From the NCBI GenBank assembly GCA_903877345.1, contig CAIRDL010000120.1, positions 1 through 38,612 on the forward strand: a DNA stretch of 38,612 nt, given 5' to 3'. Below, piece after piece: positions 28,175-35,283 of this stretch. The DNA comes from an uncultured Oscillochloris sp. (GTDB lineage Bacteria > Chloroflexota > Chloroflexia > Chloroflexales > Chloroflexaceae). The position numbers were made by a program, and so were the translations under genes. The notes under the pieces are model-generated. The model was not told where the DNA came from. It made no database searches and saw only the letters and a list, made by a program, of their open reading frames with translations. Numbering within the stretch: the first letter of the stretch is position 1; the number at the start of each line of letters is the position of its first letter.

Positions 28175-29601
28175 TGAGTGTTGTCGTCAAACAGAGCCGG
28201 GCGGTTGCCATCAATCCGACCCGGTCGTGCGCCCCGATTGGGGCCATGCTCGCCAACTACGGCATCCACGGGGCCATTACGATTAACCACGGCTCGCAAG
28301 GCTGTGCGACCTATCCGCGCCACCAGATGGCCCGCCACTTCCGCGAGCCAGTCGAGGTCGCCAGTACCTCGCTGACCGAGAAAACGACCGTCTACGGTGG
28401 TAAGGGCAACCTGTTGGCGGCGCTGAAGAACATCTGGGAGCGCTTCCACCCGACGATGATCATGGTCTGCTCGACCTGTCTTTCGGAGACCATCGGCGAC
28501 GATATTCCCGGCGTGATTGACGAGTTCCAGGAAAACCATCCTGAAATCACCATCCCGATCCTCTCGGTGAAAACGCCCTCATACATCGGCAACCACACCA
28601 CCGGCTTCGACAACTTCCTCAGGGAGATCGCCAACAATCTGCCTGACCGCAAGAAGAAGAAGGGCGAAACCAACGGCAAAATCAACATCATTCCTGGATG
28701 GGTAAATCCCGGCGACATCCGCGAGTTGAAGCACATCGTCCGCGAGATGGGTCTGCACGGCCTGTGGCTCACCGACTACTCCGAAACGCTGGATGGCGGC
28801 TACTACGAGCCGCGCCTGCACTTCGCCCGTGGCGGCACCACCGTTGAAGAACTCCGCAGTTCCGCGAAATCGTTGGCGACCGTAGCGCTCCAGCGCTTGG
28901 TTGGTGGCGAGGCGGCCCACATCTACGAACGGCGCTACGGTGTCCCTGCCCATGTGTTGACGATGCCGATTGGACTAGCGAATACCGATGCCTTTGTCGA
29001 GACCCTGACCGAGATCACCGACCACACCATCCCCGAGGCGCTCCAGGTTGAGCGGGCGCGGCTGTTGGATGCCTTGGTGGACACGCACATGTTTACCACC
29101 GGGCTGCGGGTAGGACTCTTCGGCGACCCGGATCTGTTGGAAGGACTGGTGGGCCTCGTGAGCGAAATGGGGATGACGCCCGCCTATGTGCTCACCGCTG
29201 GCGAGAACGGGCCGTGGGGCGAGCGGATGGTCGAATTGACGCAGGAGCTAGGCGTCGAGAGCGAGATCATTCTGAAGGGCGACCTGCACGAACTGCACAA
29301 GCGCATCAAAGCGAAGCCAGTTGACCTGATCATCGGCCACTCGAAGGGCAAATTCATCGCCGACGCCGAGCAGATTCCGCTCATCCGCATGGGCTTCCCG
29401 GTCGAAGATCGCTTCGGCTACCACCGGCGCTCGGTGGTGGGCTACAACGGGGCCATCGCCCTGGTAGACGAAATCACCAACGTGGTCTTCGAGCGCAAGG
29501 CGTCTTCCGTGGTGAGTAACACGCTGGTTGAGTTGGGTGTGGAGGGGCCGACCAGTTCCCCGATCATCCTAAGCAACGGGAATGGGAACGGGAAGCACTG
29601 A
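28174..29601 (+). CDS. nifK: Nitrogenase catalytic component beta chain
   Basis: INPTRSCAPIGA, HGSQGC, STCLSETIGDD, TPSY and GFPVEDR. TGATG overlap with nifD and a GGAGG RBS. Confidence 0.93.
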   Translation: MSVVVKQSRAVAINPTRSCAPIGAMLANYGIHGAITINHGSQGCATYPRHQMARHFREPVEVASTSLTEKTTVYGGKGNLLAALKNIWERFHPTMIMVCSTCLSETIGDDIPGVIDEFQENHPEITIPILSVKTPSYIGNHTTGFDNFLREIANNLPDRKKKKGETNGKINIIPGWVNPGDIRELKHIVREMGLHGLWLTDYSETLDGGYYEPRLHFARGGTTVEELRSSAKSLATVALQRLVGGEAAHIYERRYGVPAHVLTMPIGLANTDAFVETLTEITDHTIPEALQVERARLLDALVDTHMFTTGLRVGLFGDPDLLEGLVGLVSEMGMTPAYVLTAGENGPWGERMVELTQELGVESEIILKGDLHELHKRIKAKPVDLIIGHSKGKFIADAEQIPLIRMGFPVEDRFGYHRRSVVGYNGAIALVDEITNVVFERKASSVVSNTLVELGVEGPTSSPIILSNGNGNGKH

Positions 29602-29618
29602 GTAGTAGCCTGCATTTT

Positions 29619-29648
29619 TGTAGAGACGCAAGATATTGCGTCTCTACA
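29619..29648. repeat. GTAG-type REP palindrome
   Basis: Perfect 13-bp arms tgtagagacgcaa-gata-ttgcgtctctaca, starting with GTAG. Confidence 0.75.
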
Positions 29649-29668
29649 TATAAACCAGGGAGGCAGTG

Positions 29669-29884
29669 ATGATGGACGACGCACACGGTTACGAGGAACG
29701 ACGCGACGGCAGCGACGGCCCCCAGATCACCGCGAACGGCGACTTTCTCTGCGTCCAGCACGAGGGCCAGCCGCGCCACATCTATAAACGGGTGCCGACC
29801 GGCAGCGAGCCACACCCACTGGTGAGCCGCAAACTGCACGCTGGTGAGCTTTACAGTCTGGCCTGGATCGAAGATGACGCATAG
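29669..29884 (+). CDS. Small hypothetical protein directly after nifK
   Basis: 70-72 aa. GGGAGG RBS at 29658-29663. C/G-ending codon bias like the nif genes. Confidence 0.7.
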   Translation: MMDDAHGYEERRDGSDGPQITANGDFLCVQHEGQPRHIYKRVPTGSEPHPLVSRKLHAGELYSLAWIEDDA

Positions 29885-29948
29885 CCGCTGTACCATTTTA
29901 GATAACCGATAGCCGATAGCCGATACCTGGTAGTCAGAGCCTACGAGA

Positions 29949-29973
29949 CCCCGCAGCGCGACGCGCTGCGGGG
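29949..29973 (+). terminator. Perfect GC-rich palindrome at the probable 3' end of the nif transcript
   Basis: ccccgcagcgcg-a-cgcgctgcgggg followed by an AT-rich stretch; no clean U-tract. Confidence 0.5.
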
Positions 29974-30026
29974 CATTCATATTTATTGGTTATGATATTC
30001 ATTCCGAAAGGATCAGTTTTTCGGGC

Positions 30027-30083
30027 TTGAAAAAGTCAAAAAGTCCAAATATACTGAGCGAGTACTTGGATCATTGATCCAAG
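30027..30083 (+). promoter_or_regulatory. sigma70 promoter with a downstream operator-like palindrome
   Basis: TTGAAA (30027-32)-17 bp-TATACT (30050-55). Perfect cttggatca-t-tgatccaag at 30065-30083. Confidence 0.7.
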
Positions 30084-30184
30084 ACACAAGCCGAGACTTA
30101 TTCTAAACCCTTTGGGTAAGCGAACTTAGATCGAAGCGTGAGGTAGGTCGCCTCATGCCAAACAAGTGACGAGGAGTGCTCTCG

Positions 30185-30469
30185 ATGAAGACAGCCGAGC
30201 GACAGTTCACAGCAGGGGCCAGCACGCAGGACGGGACGGCAGTGTCGTTCGAGGACATGGGGGCGGATCTCCACGCGCTGTACAGCGGCAACACCGTCGC
30301 GCTCGCCTCGCTGGCCGTGGATCTTCAGGCTCTCTACGGAAGCACGCCGCTGCCGATCAGCCAGAACACCCTGCTCGCCGAGCTGCGCGAACTGTACGGC
30401 GACGCCGAGGTAGCGTGGGCGGACTTCCGCACCGACTTCGAGGCGCTTTACACCTCGCACCCCGTCTAA
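30185..30469 (+). CDS. 94-aa acidic protein with four [DE][LF]xxLY repeats, function unknown
   Basis: GAGGAG RBS 8 nt before the ATG. Strong C/G-ending codon bias. Has its own promoter and terminator. Confidence 0.8.
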   Translation: MKTAERQFTAGASTQDGTAVSFEDMGADLHALYSGNTVALASLAVDLQALYGSTPLPISQNTLLAELRELYGDAEVAWADFRTDFEALYTSHPV

Positions 30470-30497
30470 GCACGTAACCGGACCTCTGAACTTCACG

Positions 30498-30545
30498 CGC
30501 CGTTGCCGGTTGTCAGCCACCCTGACGACCGGCAGCGGTGTTTTT
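30498..30545 (+). terminator. Intrinsic terminator
   Basis: cgccgttgccggttgtcag-ccacc-ctgacgaccggcagcggtg stem followed by TTTTT. Confidence 0.8.
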
Positions 30546-30553
30546 ACGCCTTA

Positions 30554-30639
30554 GACATGTTTCAAACCAGCTTGACAGTTTGGGCACATGCACCTCGTCC
30601 TGTTGCGGCAAATCTACCATCTGCAATCTGAAACATGCC
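30554..30639 (+). mobile_element. MITE-like element, family B (86 bp, apparently complete copy)
   Basis: Terminal inverted repeats gacatgtttca / tgaaacatgcc, flanked by tta/ttg. Related copies at 21938, 32144 and 37806. Confidence 0.65.
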
Positions 30640-30720
30640 TTGACGAGGTTCCGGGCTACTTTACAGTTTTGGCTGGCGCGCGGCTTCCTGATGCGCTCGA
30701 CCTGAGACCTGAAACCTTCC

Positions 30721-32127
30721 TTAGAGGCGTGGCCCGTGCCACGTCGGCATCAGCGCTTGCTGCACGGCCATGCCTGCCGCCAGCAGGGTCGCCTCGGCGC
30801 CGGGGGCACCGACAAGTTGCACCGCCACCGGCATGCCGCGCCCGCTGAAGCCCACAGGCACGGTCAGCCCTGGCAGTCCGGCAAGGTTCACCCACGTTTG
30901 ATAGCTGGCGGTCAGCAGATTGAGATACGACCAATGATGCGGGGGCGCGGTCGTGGGGAAGATCGGACAGACGGCCACGCCGCCTGTCCCGACGAGTTGG
31001 CGCATTTGGGCGCGCAATTCCTTGCGGCGGCGCGCACCCTTAACTCGTAGCAGCACATTGAGGGTCGGGCCGTAGTGAGTGGTGAGCCAGGAAGCCAAGG
31101 CAGGGCCACTGACGCGGGCGCGGCCCACCAAGGCGCGCAGCAGTTCGGCTCCAGGCGACCAAGCGATACCATTGCCGAAGCTCTCCGCGATGGCGTGGCG
31201 CTCGGCGCGGCCTTGTAAGACGGCCCAGGCGAGGGTGGCGAGCCGACGCCCCTCCGGTGCCCCCGCCACGGGGCGCATTCCCGCCGCCACAAGGGCAGCG
31301 GTCGCAGCCTCGACGCCCGCCATCACTGCCGGGCTACTTGGCAGCAACCCATCATCAAACCAGTGGGCCACTCGTTCGCCGCGCAGGCTGTCGGTGTCAG
31401 GTGGCTGGGGCGTTGCGCCGCGCAGCACATCCCATGCGAGGGCCAGATCTTCCACTCGACGGGCCAGCGGGCCAATTGCGTTCAGATCCGCCAAGCGCCC
31501 GTGTGAAGCTGGATAGAACCCAGCCTCGGGCAGCGCCGCACTGGTCGGGCGCAAGCCAGCGATACCGCAAAAGGCCGCCGGTAGCCTGATGCTGCCCGCG
31601 ATGTCCGAGCCCAGACCCAAGGGCGAGCCGCCGGCAGCGATGAGGGCCGCCTCGCCGCCAGTCGAGCCGCCGACGGAGCGGGTGCGCGCCCACGGATTGT
31701 TCACGCGCCCCTTCAGCAAGGTCTGGGTCTCTTGTGCCCAGCAATTATCGGGGGTGATAGTTGTGGCGACGATAATCGCCCCCGCTGCCCGCAGCCGCGC
31801 CACGGCGGTCGCGTCGGTGGTGGCGACATGACCGGCGCGACTGGTGAGCCCACAGGTGGCGGGCATCCCGGCTACGTTGAAGGCTTCTTTGATGGTTACG
31901 GGCAAACCGGCAAGCGGGCCGGGGCGCGGGTCGGCAGCCTCGCGGCGCGCCTCAGCGAAACGTTCGTCGGCCACCGCGTTAATCGTCGGGTTCACGGCCA
32001 AGATACGGGCGATATGAGCCTCGAGCACGGTACTCGCGGTGAGGTGGCCCGCACGCATGGCCGCCAAGAGTTCGGTCGCGGAACGTAAGGTGAGATTGAT
32101 CAAGTTTTTTTCCTTCACTAAAGCCAC
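30721..32127 (-). CDS. Amidase signature family enzyme
   Basis: GLPVTIKE (Lys), VGGSTGGEAA and GSDIAGSIRLPAAFCG (Ser-cisSer-Lys triad). Exact start uncertain. Confidence 0.92.
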   Translation of the reverse strand: MALVKEKNLINLTLRSATELLAAMRAGHLTASTVLEAHIARILAVNPTINAVADERFAEARREAADPRPGPLAGLPVTIKEAFNVAGMPATCGLTSRAGHVATTDATAVARLRAAGAIIVATTITPDNCWAQETQTLLKGRVNNPWARTRSVGGSTGGEAALIAAGGSPLGLGSDIAGSIRLPAAFCGIAGLRPTSAALPEAGFYPASHGRLADLNAIGPLARRVEDLALAWDVLRGATPQPPDTDSLRGERVAHWFDDGLLPSSPAVMAGVEAATAALVAAGMRPVAGAPEGRRLATLAWAVLQGRAERHAIAESFGNGIAWSPGAELLRALVGRARVSGPALASWLTTHYGPTLNVLLRVKGARRRKELRAQMRQLVGTGGVAVCPIFPTTAPPHHWSYLNLLTASYQTWVNLAGLPGLTVPVGFSGRGMPVAVQLVGAPGAEATLLAAGMAVQQALMPTWHGPRL

Positions 32128-32143
32128 AAAGAGCAGGGGGTAG

Positions 32144-32208
32144 GTTTCAATCCAGCTTTACAGTTTGGGCAGATGTACCGCGTCTTACTGCGGAAAATCT
32201 GCAATCTG
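32144..32208 (+). repeat. Repeat family B copy (degenerate)
   Basis: gtttcaatccagctttacagtttgggcagatgtaccgcgtc...gcggaaaatctgcaatctg aligns with 30559-30630. Confidence 0.7.
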
Positions 32209-32242
32209 CCTAAAGGTCACAGATGCTTTCGTTGCAGCAACG

Positions 32243-33655
32243 CTACGGCGTGGCCGTCGGCCCTGGCGTTGGCGCAGTCGTGGGGGGCGGCGTAGGTGTC
32301 GGCGTCGCAGCAGGCGAAGCTGAAGGCGTTGGCGTCTCACCGGATGACGTGACTGTCGCCGTACTCTGCGCGCTCTCCGTTGGGGGCGGTAGCGTGCTCG
32401 TCGCGACGGGCAGCGCCAACGTTACTTGCACCGTGGGCGGGTCGCCTACAAGGCGGAACCCCTTGGGCAGCGTGGCTTTGACGGGCAACGTGTAGCTGCC
32501 CGCCCCCAAACCACTCACGTCAACGGTGGCAGGGAGCGGCGTCTGCGCTAGACCTGCCAGCATTTCGGTGCTGCCAGTCACCGTCAGGTTCACGAAAGGC
32601 GTGTTTGCGACCACCGTTAGTCCAGCACCCATGCCCGTGACTGTGATTTGCGCCGGAAGTTGAAGTTGGAAGGGCAACGCCAGTGGCGCGATCCGCACCG
32701 TTACGCGGACGGCGTTTGGCTCGCCGGTGCGGGGCGACGTACCTGCGGGGAAGTTGACCGTGACGACGCGGCTCAGGGTTGCGCGGGCATCGTTGAGGTC
32801 AAGCGCAGTAGTGGTCAGCACCTCAATCGTGTCGAGGGGGCCAGAACTGCCGGCCAGCGCGATCAGCGGCGGCTCGACAACCACACTGCGTACCTCGTAC
32901 CCGGCGGCGGGCAACCCAACGATAATCGGCGTCACCGGCACCAGTTTGAGGCCCACCACCGGGTTGATAGGGATTTGCACCGTCACCGTAGTGGGGTCAA
33001 GGCGCACCCCTTCAATGGTTTGGCCACCAGCATCAATCGCTTCCAGACTCAACGCCGTAAGATAGGTGGCCCGCAGTTGCTCAATATTGGCGGTAGCCTG
33101 CACCACCGTCACACGAGCGACCCGGCTTTGCGGGCCAAGCACCTGCACGGTGGTGAGCGAAACGCCAGCGCGACTCACCGTGGGTTCACCGCGCTCGAAA
33201 CTGAACGGCAAATTGCCCTGCACCTCAACCTTCACCGGAATCTGCTGCGTACTCAGTTGCTCAAGCCTAATCGTCACCGCCGCAGGTTCAAGGCCACTCG
33301 GCACCGGCTGAAACGAGACGTTGCTGCGGGTTCCCTGCACACTTACCGGAACAATATGCTCGCCTGGCCCCAAGCCCTTCAAGTCGGTTACAACGCGAAT
33401 ATCCGTCGGGCGCAGGGCGGTAAGCTGTTGGCGATCCGTGCGTAGTGTGACATTCACCGTAGGCAACGCCTGATTAGGCAATCCATTGCTATCAACAATC
33501 ACCAGACCCGCATCCAAACTGTCAGTCGTGATCATCATATCCGGGAACGTCACCGTCTCCTCAGGATTCTGGCTAAAGGAGACAAAGGCCCAAATGGCAA
33601 AGCTGAGGCTCAGAGCGAGCATGATGCGGAGGAGCGAAGCGCGGAGCGTGGTCAT
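32243..33655 (-). CDS. cdaR: CdaR/YbbR-domain regulator of diadenylate cyclase, with Pro/Thr-rich tail
   Basis: N-terminal TM (LALSLSFAIWAFV) and repeated YbbR-like V.V.GP / DL.GL..G.H.VPV units. ATG 33655 lies 7 bp after cdaA. Confidence 0.85.
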   Translation of the reverse strand: MTTLRASLLRIMLALSLSFAIWAFVSFSQNPEETVTFPDMMITTDSLDAGLVIVDSNGLPNQALPTVNVTLRTDRQQLTALRPTDIRVVTDLKGLGPGEHIVPVSVQGTRSNVSFQPVPSGLEPAAVTIRLEQLSTQQIPVKVEVQGNLPFSFERGEPTVSRAGVSLTTVQVLGPQSRVARVTVVQATANIEQLRATYLTALSLEAIDAGGQTIEGVRLDPTTVTVQIPINPVVGLKLVPVTPIIVGLPAAGYEVRSVVVEPPLIALAGSSGPLDTIEVLTTTALDLNDARATLSRVVTVNFPAGTSPRTGEPNAVRVTVRIAPLALPFQLQLPAQITVTGMGAGLTVVANTPFVNLTVTGSTEMLAGLAQTPLPATVDVSGLGAGSYTLPVKATLPKGFRLVGDPPTVQVTLALPVATSTLPPPTESAQSTATVTSSGETPTPSASPAATPTPTPPPTTAPTPGPTATP

Positions 33656-33662
33656 AGGCGAC

Positions 33663-34481
33663 TTACTTTCCCGCCTCGTCAAGCGGCACACGGAGCAGAT
33701 TGGCGAGCATGCCGCGCAGGCGGGTCTCGGTGAGATAGCCTGCCATGCGCCCATCTTGCACCAATGAAATCGCGCCGGTCTCTTCGGAAACGACGACGGC
33801 GAGGGCATCAGTCTGCTCGCTGATACCCTTCGCGGCGCGGTGGCGCGTACCGTAGCGGCGCGGGCCGATGACATCCTCGCTAAGCGGCAACACGACATTA
33901 GCGGCGAGGATGCGATTGTCACGCACCAGCACCGCCATATCGTGCAAGGGCGAGTTGGGGTAAAAGATATTCAGCAACAGCGGTGTCGAGATCCGGGCAT
34001 CGAGCAGCACGCCACGGTCGGCATACTCTTGAAGTTGGGTAGCGCGCTCGATCACAATGAGTGCGCCGACGCCTTGTTGCGAAAGTTGTTGGGCCGAGCG
34101 CGAAATCGTGGTAATCGTTTCGAGCAGTTCCGAGCGGTTGACGCCGATGAGGGGGCGACTGAGCAATTCGCTCGAGCGCCCGAGGCTTTCGAGGGCACGG
34201 CGCAACTCGGGCTGAAAGAGCACTGGCACGCCGACGATCAGGGCGGGGGTGATGATCGTACTGAGGAGCCAAGCCAGGGTTTGGAGCTGATTCCCAGCCA
34301 CAGTGCCGACAAAGATAGTCAGCGCCAACACAATCCCGACCCCGCGCAAGAGTTGCACCGCCCGCGTGCCACGAATGACACCGAGCAGCCAGTAGAAAAG
34401 GATGGCGACGATCAGAATATCAAGGATCGCGAAGGGTGAGGTCAGTGGGTTAAGGCGCGCCCAGAGGCGAGAAAAGTCCAT
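33663..34481 (-). CDS. cdaA: Diadenylate cyclase CdaA (DacA)
   Basis: Three TM segments, IRGTRAVQLL, FQPELRRALE, GALIVIER, IFYPNSPLHD, GTRHRAA and VVSEETG. Confidence 0.93.
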   Translation of the reverse strand: MDFSRLWARLNPLTSPFAILDILIVAILFYWLLGVIRGTRAVQLLRGVGIVLALTIFVGTVAGNQLQTLAWLLSTIITPALIVGVPVLFQPELRRALESLGRSSELLSRPLIGVNRSELLETITTISRSAQQLSQQGVGALIVIERATQLQEYADRGVLLDARISTPLLLNIFYPNSPLHDMAVLVRDNRILAANVVLPLSEDVIGPRRYGTRHRAAKGISEQTDALAVVVSEETGAISLVQDGRMAGYLTETRLRGMLANLLRVPLDEAGK

Positions 34482-34578
34482 TGGCGAAGCAGCCAGGCTA
34501 TGAGGATCCAGATAGTACGACCATAGATCGCCCGTACAGGGTAGCGTGGTGAAGCAGGTCTGTCAACTCAAGCCCCTA

Positions 34579-34660
34579 GATGCGTGATCCGTGCTGCGTG
34601 ATCCGTGCTGCGTGACCGGGCCGCATCCTGACCGATCACAGGTCACGGGTCACGGGTCAC
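34579..34660. repeat. Repeat family A core (heptamer palindrome)
   Basis: gatgcgt/gatccgt/gctgcgt heptamers, core ggggccgcatcctgacc, then gatcaca/ggtcacg heptamers. Confidence 0.75.
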
Positions 34661-34847
34661 GCTACAAGCCAAACCCCGTAGATCTACGCGCCCCCACCAC
34701 GTAATAGTTCGCCCCCCTTCACCACAGCTTTGCCGCCCCGTAATCCGTAACAGGCCGCAGTGACACCCTTCCGCCGCCGCGTTATGCTTGGAAGTGTAGA
34801 GTGCGCGTATTGGCCCATGCACATGAACTTAAGCGAGGAGATCAGCT

Positions 34848-35279
34848 ATGGGACGGGTCTTCTTGGTGGCTGCTCACCCGATGTTACGCGAGGCGCTCAT
34901 CACGTTCCTGCCCATACAGAGTTCCGGGCAACTTACCGTGGTCGGCACGGCAAGTTGGCACCCTGACGATCTGGCGGCGCTGGCGACCATCGCCCCCGAT
35001 GTGGTCGTGGTTGCTGTTGGGATCGAGGCCCGTCAGGATTTGCACGCCTTGGAGCAGATCCGCGCCCTGGCACCACACACGCCTCTAGCGGTGATCACGA
35101 CGATGCGCTGCCTCATCTGTGAGATGGCCCTGGCCCTGGAGGCTATTGACGCCTTATTGATTGCCGAACGCCTCCCCGAAGATTTGGTGCGCGTCGTCCA
35201 ACAGTTGGTCAACGCCCGTGATACAATCAGCCCATCGCCGCTCCTACAGCCGCAGGCAAATAGTGTAACCCAGGGCTGA
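34848..35279 (+). CDS. Degenerate (pseudo) receiver-domain protein
   Basis: NarL-like pattern RVFLVAAHPMLREAL...VVGTA...PDVVVVA, lacking the acidic pocket and phospho-Asp. GAGGAG RBS. Confidence 0.7.
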   Translation: MGRVFLVAAHPMLREALITFLPIQSSGQLTVVGTASWHPDDLAALATIAPDVVVVAVGIEARQDLHALEQIRALAPHTPLAVITTMRCLICEMALALEAIDALLIAERLPEDLVRVVQQLVNARDTISPSPLLQPQANSVTQG

Positions 35280-35283
35280 CGAA

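Noticed and set aside
26747..29601. Calling the genes vnfDK/anfDK, nifEN, or bchNB-like
   Set aside because: No G subunit gene; the His195/Cys275/His442 equivalents and all six P-cluster cysteines are present, which fits a catalytic NifDK.
33656..33922. N-terminal extension of CdaR
   Set aside because: It overlaps cdaA in another frame; ATG 33655 precedes the TM segment and fits the operon spacing.
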